A stretch of 63,636 bases of DNA, the filler included, from Globobulimina sp. (Eukaryota), in the NCBI GenBank assembly GCA_003354225.1. It is 28 parts of 28 records of this genome, joined end to end, with 100 filler letters (N's around TTAATTAATTAA, not from the genome) between each part and the next. Parts side by side here need not be neighbours in the genome. Positions count along the whole stretch, not along the records: positions 50,091 to 52,265 come from PIVH01008420.1; positions 52,366 to 54,540 come from PIVH01008421.1; positions 54,641 to 56,814 come from PIVH01008422.1; positions 56,915 to 59,088 come from PIVH01008423.1; positions 59,189 to 61,362 come from PIVH01008424.1; positions 61,463 to 63,636 come from PIVH01008425.1; 22 more parts are not named here. One strand, written 5' to 3'. The notes under the pieces were generated by a model. It saw nothing but the letters and a program-made list of their open reading frames with translations, did not search any database and was not told the DNA's origin. Both the position numbers and the translations under genes were made by a program. This document shows, in pieces, positions 50,335 to 61,890 of the stretch (the stretch's first letter is position 1; every line of letters begins with the position of its first letter).

Positions 50335-50817
50335 TTAACTCAACTGCATAGTTTCTTTATCATCAACATCATATGATATTGCATGCATATCGTCCATAAT
50401 ATATCCTGCTTTCTTCATTGTTGAACATAATGATGATAAGCGACTATGTTTCAGCCAAATGGTGATTTCATTTGCACCATCAATATCGTTTGCGCCTTCT
50501 ACCAAAAATGTGCGTATGTCCAATTGATTTGCACTGAAACACGGTTCAAATGTTAGCTCCGTGATAGCTTCAGCAATATAACCCATTGGTAATACAACAA
50601 GATTTTGGAATTCTTGTTGTTCAAAAGGTGTTGGATAAGGTCCATAGGTATGTCGCTCGTTCGCTGTATCACACCAATGTGTTAATACAACTTGTAACAC
50701 TTTAATTGGATTCAAAGATTCTGTGTTTGGTATCTTATGTGCATCTACAAATTTTTTCCATATTATATGGCCACATGGTGCCAATTTACAGGCATCACTC
50801 ACTCGTTTATCCCACAA
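50335..50817 (-). CDS. Hypothetical protein
   Basis: 160-aa ORF; no family recognised. Confidence 0.35.
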   Translation of the reverse strand: MWDKRVSDACKLAPCGHIIWKKFVDAHKIPNTESLNPIKVLQVVLTHWCDTANERHTYGPYPTPFEQQEFQNLVVLPMGYIAEAITELTFEPCFSANQLDIRTFLVEGANDIDGANEITIWLKHSRLSSLCSTMKKAGYIMDDMHAISYDVDDKETMQLS

Positions 50818-51317
50818 CGGATAACATTCTTGTAATTTTTTTAAACCACCAATACGGAGATGTATGCTTCTACATCGAGTGGGTCTTGGTATTGCATTAG
50901 AGCTGAATTATTTAATAAGTTGCATACTACGTTGATCATAAATGGTGCAAATGTCGGTGTGTTTGGACGTTTGTAAGTTGCTGCTCGTAGTGCATCACGA
51001 TTTACTGTGTATTTCATGTTTTGTACGGTTTATATTTGCTTTTATTTTGGAAATGTATTGAACATACAGTATAATGACATGATTAGAGTCTGACAGTTTT
51101 TAATCTAACTAACTAAACACAACTCGAACCACCACATAATAATTAATGATTATATATCATTGATTGAGCAACACAAAAAGGGAAACAAAACTGAATTAAA
51201 AGTTAAATTGATTTAAAACAAAACAAAACAAAACAAAAATGAAATAAATTTATATATAAACATTGATCATGATACAACATAAAAAAAGGCAGAAAAAAAA
51301 AAGGAAAGTTATCCACA

Positions 51318-52265
51318 TTATCGATGATTTTTTTTATTTCTTTGTTGATTAAATTGCTGCAGAGCAGTTTGCGGCGATTTCGATTGCAAGCCAGATTGAC
51401 GCGGCGGTGCATTCATTGATTGCGTATTGGAATGAGAGTGCGAATACATAGTCACCGTGTCCGTAGCACTAAACTCCGCATCCGTATGGTTCATCTCCGC
51501 CACAAAATAGTTAATGGCTCCAAAACACCCGTCACACACTTTGATAGTGCGCTTATTATTCTTCATAATCCCCGTGTCCTGCGGTAACTGCGTCTTTCTC
51601 CGCAAACAATCCTTACACACAATATCCAGACACCAGGGACACTTGGACTTCCTCGTAAACCGTTTGAATGGTTTCTGACATAATTTGCACGGCGACTGCC
51701 GATCAAAGGCATCAATCTCATATTTAACGTCCGGATTCAACAACTTTCCGCGTTGCTTCATCGACGAATACAATATAGATTTCCCGTTCTGCACGCGATC
51801 CAATTCATGCTTTTTGGGCTTGACACAGCGGCCCAAATACTTGCTGACTCGCGCAGTCTCATGGAACTCCTGCAAAGTCTGATAATTCTCATTGATCCAA
51901 CGAGCCCTCAACTCGACCTGTTCGCTGATCGCAGACGAGATCAATTGAAACCATTCGTGCTTTTCCTGCGCAGTGGTCGCGATCAGCAATATCGGTTTCT
52001 GCGGCGACACGATGCGAAACGCATTCTTGATATTCCGTATGAAGCCATCGCGCAAATCCAAGATCTTACACAGCGACAAATGCAACACGCGATGCACGGA
52101 CAAATTGCCCGGATTGCCAGACACATAAATCAGTAAATCGTTGAACAAATAAAAGCGGTACAAGTCCAAATCGCCTTTGCTCGATTGTTTCGTGAGAGGC
52201 CCGGCATGGATGAACCGGCGATCCGGATGTAATAAATGTAGATATAATCCCAACTCCACTTCAAT
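51318..52265 (-). CDS. PH plus FYVE zinc-finger protein (FGD/PLEKHF-like), 5' truncated
   Basis: FYLFNDLLIY...EKHEW PH; CKLCQKPF..FTRKSKCPWCLDIVCKDC...KVCDGC FYVE-like. Confidence 0.88.
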   Translation of the reverse strand: MEVELGLYLHLLHPDRRFIHAGPLTKQSSKGDLDLYRFYLFNDLLIYVSGNPGNLSVHRVLHLSLCKILDLRDGFIRNIKNAFRIVSPQKPILLIATTAQEKHEWFQLISSAISEQVELRARWINENYQTLQEFHETARVSKYLGRCVKPKKHELDRVQNGKSILYSSMKQRGKLLNPDVKYEIDAFDRQSPCKLCQKPFKRFTRKSKCPWCLDIVCKDCLRRKTQLPQDTGIMKNNKRTIKVCDGCFGAINYFVAEMNHTDAEFSATDTVTMYSHSHSNTQSMNAPPRQSGLQSKSPQTALQQFNQQRNKKNHR

Positions 52266-52365
52266 NNNNNNNNNNNNNNNNNNNNNNNNNNNNNNNNNNN
52301 NNNNNNNNNTTAATTAATTAANNNNNNNNNNNNNNNNNNNNNNNNNNNNNNNNNNNNNNNNNNNN

Positions 52366-53003
52366 ATCGTATTCGATGCCGATTGTGTTTGCGTTATTTC
52401 TGTTCGTGCAAAGGGAGCCCGTTGACCCGCTTGCTTCATCATTTCGTTACAGGCGGACTGGAACAATGAGGTCAATGCCACCCTGGTCTGTGTATTGTAA
52501 GTTGAGCCGAACCAATCCTGCAATGCATCGGATAGGGCATCTAACATTGGCCCAAAAAACTCAGTCCTTATTCTATATTTTACATGGCGTTCGCCCAAAG
52601 ATCGGAGGGTGCGTAATCTCATTTGGTTTTTTTGCTTAACTAAGGACCGTAATAACCAACCAAACATATCCAAGAGTCGTAAACTCTGCTTTGAAATGTC
52701 AGAATCTGCAAATAAGCCACGGCACGCTGGCTGTTTTTTGAATAAGTTTGCGAATAATAATACGCCTAATTGCTGTTGTTTGGATCTTTCTAACATATCG
52801 ACGTGATCCTTCCAGAAATTGTACGATATTACGACTCTGTCGCCAAAATCAATCATTTCATCAAGATTTGTGGAACTTTGTTTGCTGGCTGAAACGTCTG
52901 TGTGTTGACTGACACTGTCATATTTTGGCTGTTCCGGTTGGTGTTGCTGTTTTTGGTCTACTTGGGGTTGTCCATATGCTTGGGCTGCTGTGGTGTTCCC
53001 CAT
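52366..53003 (-). CDS. N-myristoylated globin-domain protein, 3' truncated
   Basis: MGNTTA start; GVLLFANLF..P..RGLF (CD1 Phe), KQ at E7, LGERHVKY proximal His. Confidence 0.85.
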
Positions 53004-53055
53004 GATTAGTAAATTCGTGCAAAAAACTTAAGCTAAATTATCTTGCTATCAATAT

Positions 53056-54213
53056 TCATACATGCTTTGCAATAATAAAAGTACATTTATAACCTAAAAA
53101 TACATCCATTATCATATGCATACCGTTAGTTATTTTACTGAACGTATTGTTAATATTGCAAGGTGTTAATACTTTAGCTTGCTTGTTCCGAGTCAATTGT
53201 AAACTACATTCATTATATTGGTTAGAGCCAAATAAATAGTTTTGTTGTTGTAGTGTTTTCGCATAAGAATGAAAAGAACCACATTTAATAGTAACAACAC
53301 TACATTTTGCTAAAGTTTGTATCAATTGCGGCAAATAAATGTCTGATCTTCTTGCATCCCCGCATTGTCCCCATGCATTAGCACCCCATGCATATATTTT
53401 ATGACTACTATCAATGCATAAATTATGATATGATCCACATTCAATTTGTATGATAGATATTTTATTTGTGACAAACAAATCAATGGATTGCGGAACAGAA
53501 CAATCAATGGCTCCCATCGCTTGTATTCCCAACTGACCATATTCATTATCACCGCATGTGTATATATTTCCTCCTTCGCATAAAAATATGGAATGGAAAT
53601 GGCCACATCCTATTTTTTTAATTGTGGCTGGAAACAATGTATCGATGACATTCCATTTTTTTTTATGAATATATACTCTGTTTTTAATGTAATAATATTT
53701 GGTAATAATGACAATAATATCACATGGTAATAATGTATTATTTGGCAACCAATCTCCAATTAATAATGAGATTTGTTTGTTATTTAAAAATGAGCCACAA
53801 AGTGCTATTTGATGACCGCTCCCACCTTCCACACCAATCACATCTTGTAAATCTTTGATTTTTATAGGTTTTTTGCCATTATTCGATGTAAACACTGCGT
53901 TGCTATTTGTAATCCAAAATGTATTGCAACTGTAATTGCTAGCGACACTTGTACATATTTTCCTTATTTTTATATCATATGCGTTAAAATACTCATTTCC
54001 ACCACATTTACCAAACCCGTCAGGTCCAGCAATGAAATAATTATTGTTTGTAGTAGTAAAGACGGTATGTTCATACCCGTTATGAATATTTTGTATTGCA
54101 ATATTTGGATGTATGTGATTCAGGTTTACCAAGTTATACGGTCTATATTTCAATCCTAACTGACCATGATCATTATTTCCAATCACAAACACGATGTTAG
54201 AGAAATCCGTCAT
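53056..54213 (-). CDS. RCC1/BLIP-II repeat protein
   Basis: GNNDHGQLG, CGHFHSIF..GNIYTCGDNEYGQLG, CGSYHNL..IYAWGANAWGQCG. Confidence 0.93.
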   Translation of the reverse strand: MTDFSNIVFVIGNNDHGQLGLKYRPYNLVNLNHIHPNIAIQNIHNGYEHTVFTTTNNNYFIAGPDGFGKCGGNEYFNAYDIKIRKICTSVASNYSCNTFWITNSNAVFTSNNGKKPIKIKDLQDVIGVEGGSGHQIALCGSFLNNKQISLLIGDWLPNNTLLPCDIIVIITKYYYIKNRVYIHKKKWNVIDTLFPATIKKIGCGHFHSIFLCEGGNIYTCGDNEYGQLGIQAMGAIDCSVPQSIDLFVTNKISIIQIECGSYHNLCIDSSHKIYAWGANAWGQCGDARRSDIYLPQLIQTLAKCSVVTIKCGSFHSYAKTLQQQNYLFGSNQYNECSLQLTRNKQAKVLTPCNINNTFSKITNGMHMIMDVFLGYKCTFIIAKHV

Positions 54214-54727
54214 GTTTGTTGATGATCAATGAAAAAACAGTAAACTAGTCACTCAGTGAACAATGGCGTACAATGCTCCAGAGTATAAAGGCAAGAGCAA
54301 CACTTGGGAGAAATTCAGATAAAGTTCCGTAAAAGCTGAAACCATCCCAGCGGAAAAACGCATCGTTTAACAAAAACAGCGAAAAAACTACAAAAAAAGT
54401 TCGCAACAAAGTTAGAAATGATATTTTTCTTGGCATATATTTATTTTACTTAATATCCTTTAGCTTATTTCATAAAGTAGAATCAGAGCATTTCACTTTC
54501 CGCAAACAAGTCAAGCTTATTCATCAATAGTGAAATATAGNNNNNNNNNNNNNNNNNNNNNNNNNNNNNNNNNNNNNNNNNNNNTTAATTAATTAANNNN
54601 NNNNNNNNNNNNNNNNNNNNNNNNNNNNNNNNNNNNNNNNATATTCTAAATTGGAACACTATGTCATGATTAATTATTATTATATTAATAATGTATCAAT
54701 TCGCATATTCGCAGCATATCAGTAATG

Positions 54728-55163
54728 TCATACCTGTTTCTTTAATATTAATAGCAATGAATTTAGATTTCTTAAACCATTATTATTTAACCATAATGTT
54801 TTTAATTGACTTAATTTGGGGAAATCATTTATGTTTTTCAAGCCATTTCTGTCTAATTGTAATGTTGTTAAACACTGAAAATATTCCAATCCTTTTAATG
54901 AATTTAATTTATTTTTTGTTAATATTAAGGTCGTAGCCATTGCTCCCTTGTTTTTGCATAATGACAATGGTATGCTTTCTAAATTTTGTCCTGTTAAATT
55001 TACGGTGTCTTCTTCTTCTTCGTCTTCTGATTCAATCACAAAGTCTTCTTCTTCATCATTCATTTTATAGGATCTGGTCTTTTCGTCATCATTCAATTCT
55101 TGATCACAGTTTGACGTATCTTTGTTACCATCACCATCCAAAATATTATCTGTTGCTGACATA
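54728..55163 (-). CDS. Leucine-rich repeat protein (LRMDA/U2A'-like), first exon
   Basis: LILTKNKLNSLKGL, LQLDRNGL, LWLNNNGL; ends at a GT donor. Confidence 0.8.
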
Positions 55164-56914
55164 GTTCTATTCACACACAACTGAAGCTGAGTTTAAAAAC
55201 TGCTAAATTAAGGGAAATATATTTAACTTATTTTATACTTTAAAACCTTATAATTTAGCAACAAAAACCATTAAGCACCTTGCCAACGTTTCGGAATTAG
55301 CATAACCAAACCACGGATTCTAATATAACCATCTCAACCCATTGATGTTGGACATAATGAATACAATACACGGTTATACCGGTTTTTCAAAATGCTTAGT
55401 TGGACATTCTCTAATTTGCAAAGATACATGGTTAACTCCTATAAGAGGAAGAATCATACATGTATGGCCATTGTCTGAAATAAAGGAGATCCCGCCCGAA
55501 ATAACGAATAATGTATGACCAAAAAATCATACATATGTATGACTAGGAGAGGGTTTTTCAGGTAAATTTGGTCATACATTATTTGATTTTCCCTAAGGGA
55601 ATGTGTGACCAAATTATGCCATAGTTAGCCTAAGGTGGTTTTGGTCGAGACAGTCGCCCAAGTTAGCCGCGTTTTTTTTTGGAAATATTTTGGGCTATTA
55701 TTTTTATTCCACGCCCTCGACCTAATGCTTGTTCCGTAAAACATAGCTAAAACTCCACAATTATGTTCCGCAAAAAATGTGTCAATCCGGGTTTGCTGGA
55801 TTTCGCAACTATATGATAGACCATCATGTAGCCACTTACTAAAACTTACTGGAAATGAAAAATGATGGTTATCATGCAGAGCACCGCTTTCCATTTGCGA
55901 TCAACATATGCAAAGTTTGGATGGACAATTAGCACACCCCATGAATCTATCAAGGGTATAAGAAAGTATTATTTATTATAGTTTGTATTAGTAAACGTTT
56001 CTAATAACTTTCTATAGAAATAAGGAATAATTAAAGCGGTGACGTATGTCTCAGTTGCTTAGGTCTGCCCCAGGATTTAACTGTTTACATGGAAGTGGAT
56101 CTATATCCACAACTGTAAAAATATAACAACCCAATATAATATTTTATTTTTATTCAAATGACATTATCCGTAAATTAAATACCTAATCAATATTCCGTGT
56201 AAATCAAATGTATACAACTTATCTTTTGGTGGTTATCTTTTGGAATATATCGTTGACGTTTTTAGTATTAGCTCTTAGAAAATAGTTAGTTGGCAGTAGT
56301 CTAATGGTAATATCTATATATCCCATATAAGTTAAGCATTGGTATAAGAACGCAGTAGTTAAAAAAAGCTTTTTTTCCCCCTCCCCTTTAAAAAATATAA
56401 TTTTTACTGACTATAATTTTTAGTGCGCTCATACCCAGTGTATACCGAATATTTCTATTCGCTGGACATAGGATTAATCCTGTCAACTCGAACAGAAAGA
56501 TTTATTTAAGCTGTTTTCAATTGACTTTTTGCTTCCTGTGAAATGGTCGATTGTAACGTACTGTTTTCTGCAGTTTTCCAAAAGCTTTACTGAATAATCA
56601 CCAGCCTAAGTCAAAATGCACGGCTCACTAATTACGTATAGATCAGAGTATGCGACAACGCGAACGCGATATATATATTTCTTAACTGATCGCGTTGAAA
56701 AGAGTGGTCTGGCGGCACGGATGAGAATACAGTAGTGTTCCCGATAAGAGATACGCATATTAGTACTAATATATATATTATACTGCTAATATATTGAATA
56801 AATGGTGGACCTGTNNNNNNNNNNNNNNNNNNNNNNNNNNNNNNNNNNNNNNNNNNNNTTAATTAATTAANNNNNNNNNNNNNNNNNNNNNNNNNNNNNN
56901 NNNNNNNNNNNNNN

Positions 56915-57959
56915 TGAGATTTGTTGCGATGTCATGGTACTAAGTGGCTGTGGATGGTATTTGACGCATAACGCATACATTCAATGTAGATATTGTAATA
57001 AATGCGTTTCTTTTAAGCAAAGTTATCATTGCAATAAAATGATGCAATTATTTCCAAATAGCATAGACATTGCTGATACAAACGATAATATTCAAGCAGC
57101 GATCAATGAGAATCCGAATGAGAATGGAACTGAATCAATAATTACTCGTTTAAGCAAATTAGGACTTAAAATCGATTCAAATATACGGCGTTCGCATAAT
57201 TTTCATGTTTATGAAACACAGTCATTGCAAAAACAAGCACTGTTTACTAATAATAACATGTCAAAACCATTTGGTTCGAATTGCAAATCAAAACAATCAC
57301 TTTTGACTCGAGCTGAAAAACCAAATAAAAGCATAAAAAATGTAAAAAAAATGAATAAAAAACGAAGCCGAAATGAAATGTTATCCGATATTGACAATGG
57401 AAATAATTTGCAGTCATTACGTGTCTGTCCAAGGAAAAAAATTAGGATTTCTGCAGCAAATTGTATACAAAATCAAGTGAATAATAAAAATAAAAAAATG
57501 CGAAAGAACCGAAAAAGGAAAACCATGGATTGTGAGTATGACGAATGCGATGATGATATAAATGTTTCTATTAAAAAACGTCGGATTTGTACGGATTCTG
57601 TGTTTAATTCAAAATGTAATAAAAGGAAATCAAGAAAGCGTAAATTTGACGATGTATTTGTCAGTGATAAGGAGTGCAAAGAGGATGAAGACGATGATAT
57701 TTTTACTAATAATGTACGAAAACAACCGCAGAAACGAGTGCGTTTGGATAGCGATAGAATTCAGAACTTGTTATATTTTGATCCAATAAATTTACATAAT
57801 GACCATTGTCCATTTAAAACCAAAAACAAATATCAAGAAAACAGTGCATGTATTTTTGGATGGAATTATTGTTTAAAATTATTACCGAATGATATTTTAT
57901 TCATGAAACAAATTGTCCAACAATCAAAAAAAGGGAATCAGGCAAAAAGTAGATTTTGA
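56915..57959 (+). CDS. NIPA/ZC3HC1-Rsm1-like protein, 5' truncated
   Basis: LSGCGW..IQCRYC and FDPINLHNDHCPF...GW halves of a split C3HC finger around a basic NLS-rich insert. Confidence 0.7.
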
Positions 57960-58114
57960 CAGGAAATATTTTTCTTTAATTGTTTTTTTTGTCATACAAT
58001 TTATCTTTTTTTTGTTATTATTTATACTCTCTTATATCAAAAGTACGAAAATGAGGCATTTTTTCGCATTAAAATTTCAACAATAAAGTTTTTTTTCAAC
58101 TTAGACTAAGAATA

Positions 58115-58926
58115 ATGGCAGAGCAAAAAGAATCATTTACACCAAGTTTTAGGATCACATATTTCCCGGCAGATGGTAGAGGAGGCGCATTAAGAGCTGC
58201 TGCATCATTTGGTGGCTTATCATACGAGGATCGATTCTCTTCATTCAGTGAACATAAACAAGCACAGACTGATGGTACCCGGAGATGGTATGAAATATAT
58301 CCTTTATATATGTATTCTAATTACATTTTTAAAAAAGGGCTGGAATCCCTGAAGTAACCGTATTTGATAAAGAGGGGAAGGAAATGGCAGTGATTGGCCA
58401 ATCCAATTCATGCTTGAGATATATTGGAATATTATGCGGCTTGTTTCCAATCAAAAACGTTGTTGAAAGAGCATTGGTGGATGAAATATTGGATAGCATT
58501 GAAGACGTAAATAATATGATTAATGCATCTGTGAAAGAGAGAGATTCGCAAAAAAAAAAAGCAATGCGATTGAAATTAACGGAAGCTGGTAATATCCCAT
58601 ATTGGTTAAATAAATTTGAAATGAGATTAGACGAAAACGAGAAAAGAGGCAATAAAAATGGATATTTTGTGGGCGATGATTTGACTGTGGCTGATTTAAA
58701 ATTTTATTTTATGCATAAATGGCTAACCTGCGGTCAATTGGATTATATTGATGGCGCAAAAATGTTTGACCCGTACAAAAGATGCATTGTTTTATGTGAA
58801 AAGTTAAAAGCAACGGATAAAATGAAAAGGTTTGAGGCAGAATTTGCGGTTTCAGTAAAGGACTATAAAGAAAATAAAAAAACATGTTTTAAACGCGCTG
58901 GAAAAGCTGTATATGGATCTTTTTAA
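58115..58926 (+). CDS. Glutathione S-transferase (sigma-like); 50-nt intron 58288-58337
   Basis: ITYFPADGRG..LR, IGQSNSCLRYIG, YFVGDDLTVADL; intron removal restores frame (RRW|AGIPEV). Confidence 0.92.
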
Positions 58927-59188
58927 TCGAATAACTACTTTATTGTTAGTTGTGTATAGCTTGTAATATTATACTAATTGTCAAAATCATTTGACTTTTT
59001 AGGCTTAAACTTCTAAACACTGATTGGCAAGGTTTTTGGGTTAGCTAGAGTGGTTTTCAACTTTGAATACTAGGATTCGAATACTAGGNNNNNNNNNNNN
59101 NNNNNNNNNNNNNNNNNNNNNNNNNNNNNNNNTTAATTAATTAANNNNNNNNNNNNNNNNNNNNNNNNNNNNNNNNNNNNNNNNNNNN

Positions 59189-59779
59189 TGCGTTGGAACA
59201 ATGTGCGGAGATGTTGTTGTTGGCGGAGCCGATTTGGGACGAAATAGTTCATTGATTGCAGGTAGTATATGGGCGTCATTTTGGCTGTTCTGAGTGTGGA
59301 TTATTGTGGTTTTTGAGTGTGTCAATTGGGATAAGCGCAAGGATGGATATGTGCATATTTAGTTACCTTTGTATTTGGTGCTCGGAGTTATGCGGATTTG
59401 AGCTGTTTTGAGTGTTGTTTTGATTGGTTTGCGAAGCGGAGGGGTCTTGTTTGGGTACGGTGCAATGGGATGGATAGATGAAGGGACAATTGGTGTAGTG
59501 CGGGTACTGGTTTTTGGATGAGATGTTTTGTTGCGGATTGGGGAGGAATTGGACTGTCCGCGCCGGGTATGGCAGGGCGTAGGATTCGATGTGATTATAC
59601 AGACACATTAGGTTGTTTTTCCATTGGTTGTAGCGATGGAAGATCGCGGCTTGTTCGTCGGTCAGGGTTTTGCCTCTGCGGTCGATTGGTTGACCTAAGT
59701 ATGCGTCGGAATTGTCGCTGTTTTGGAATCTGATGCCATTTAAAGAGGTGTTACTTGAATAAAAACCTTTGGTTGTCAT
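59189..59779 (-). CDS. RBBP4/CAF1C histone-H4-binding N-terminal domain-like protein, 3' truncated
   Basis: YNQWKNNLMCLYNHIESYALPYPARTVQFLP resembles YKIWKKNTPFLYD..HALEWPSLTAQWLP. Confidence 0.65.
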
Positions 59780-60439
59780 CAGGAAACATAATTATATATA
59801 TATATATGCGATGAATGAATATGTTGAATATTTCAAACAAGTCACAAATAAAACAAATAATAGAAACAATAAAAATAATTCATATAAAACAAAATATAAC
59901 AAACAAGATACAGATTTAAATGAATTGCAATCGTTAACTTATTCGAATTTTAGTGAGAAGAAAAAATGGGAGGAATTTATGAAATTAATACTTTCAATTT
60001 CTGATGATTTGAAAAAGGAGAATCAACGCAGGAAACGTCAGAAAGCAATGCGTAAAAAGGCATCAGCTACAAATTCATCATTATTTGACATCAGCTACAA
60101 ATTATTCTCCCCTTTCTCCAATATAAGCTTCAGGCCAATCAATTTAAATGAAAATAAAAATCATAAATCAAACAATCAAACTGAAGATATCGAAATAAAG
60201 GGAAAGAATTACAAACGGATCATGATGGTGATGATGGTGATGGCGATACTCCATAATGTCTCACAAATGTTTTAATAATTATTTATGTCTTGTTTTTACT
60301 TTTTAAGCTATTCACTCATTATGTCGTACTCAAAGTTTTTTATTCTGGTTTTTATCATGCTTTCGTGGTGAAACAAGTAGTGCTTTGCCCAGAGTGTCCT
60401 TCTTGAAGGTCAACGAGGGGTTAATAATAAATGGATTTG

Positions 60440-60890
60440 TATCAAACCACAGCGAGTTATTGAACTCCCGCTGGTTTTAGGATACTATAAAATTAATTAA
60501 TTAATAAATGAATGCAAAACCACCACCAATGTTTTTGAACCAAGGGGTGGATTACAAACATATTAAACACTAAATTCGCCCGATTGGGTGAATAAATGGC
60601 AACTTATAATGGATTGAATCAATAAAATCCTCCGAATGTATAAAATTTGGAGGATAATGTACCGCGCGAATGTTATAAAAATCCGCCTAAACCAGGCGCG
60701 ATAATCCTCGGTTTGAATTTAAATCCGCCTCATTTGGAGGGGGATAAATAAGCGAATGAACAAAATCCACCCAATCGGGAGGATATTTTAATGAACGCAA
60801 TGAATAAAATATAATTAAATCGCCTTGATCGAGGTGATAATTATCAATTTAATTTAATTTAAATCCGCCCCCATTGGGAGGATACAGATC
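60440..60890. repeat. Cluster of related GC-rich inverted repeats (AAATCCGCC...GGAGGAT-like) in AT-rich spacers
   Basis: About 8-9 short hairpins spaced roughly 40-60 nt apart. Confidence 0.65.
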
Positions 60891-61890
60891 GATTTAGTGT
60901 GATTTGGCAGGTATGAGTTTGTGTGATTTGTTGCGTGATTGAGTTTTTTTGTGATTGTGTCTGATATCCTTGCACAAAATCCTTGCACCAGCAGCTGGAA
61001 AAAACCTTAAGTAGAACTTTTTCGTCGCGGTCTAAATGTTACATTTTCTTAAGCTGAAAAACAATTTAACTGCCAGACTTTTGAGTACTTTTATAGCGAA
61101 TCGATGCTGACTTTTAAGGCCAACTCAATAATTGGTACCAGATAATATTGCATCGCTTATCGATTAAATAGATGTATTTTATCCTCAATGGTCTGATTTA
61201 AACATGAAATGTCTTGATCCAAATCATCAATTTTCTCTTGTAATCCTTTGATTTCATCATGTTTTTGGTGTAAGATTTGATTCATTGTACTCTCATTTTG
61301 GTTCGTCACAGTTTGTATTTCCTCTTCGTATTTTTTTTCAATTGCTTTAGTTTCATAATCAANNNNNNNNNNNNNNNNNNNNNNNNNNNNNNNNNNNNNN
61401 NNNNNNTTAATTAATTAANNNNNNNNNNNNNNNNNNNNNNNNNNNNNNNNNNNNNNNNNNNNTGTCAATGACGAAGAAAACAAATTTAGATCCTATGCAT
61501 AGGAAAGGGAATCAAAACAATGATCCTATGAAAGAGTCAATGGCTATGGGCAAAGATTTGGCGGTGGAACAATGTATTGGACATTCTGTGCAATTAATTA
61601 AAAATGCTGCCTTTAATTCTACGGTTTCAAGTAAGCCGATAAAATATAGTACCGCTCCACCAAAGAAAACTAAAAAATGACATCATACATACCATTCTTA
61701 TTTTGTTTTGTTTTGAAATAACACACATTTGTAATAAATTGAAGTATCTGACAGTGATGTTTTTTGAGTTTTGACTGTAGGTCGTTACATTTGAGAATAT
61801 ATTGTCATGACAACTTTAGCAGTTGTTTAAAATAACTTACATTGTTTCAGATAAAAGAGATTCTATATTTAGTAATATCAACGAACCAAA

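Noticed and set aside
51318-53003. Globin-PH-FYVE fusion across adjacent same-strand ORFs
   Set aside because: They lie on different contigs separated by the artificial linker; adjacency reflects length sorting only
55300-56814. Possible RNA gene or element in the long ORF-poor stretch
   Set aside because: Only short ATCATACA/TGTATGAC repeats; no tRNA, rRNA or TIR structure recognisable
2179-61462. Regularly spaced TTAATTAATTAA repeats as a biological repeat or array
   Set aside because: Flanked by fixed N runs with spacing that shrinks monotonically: an artificial linker between length-sorted contigs
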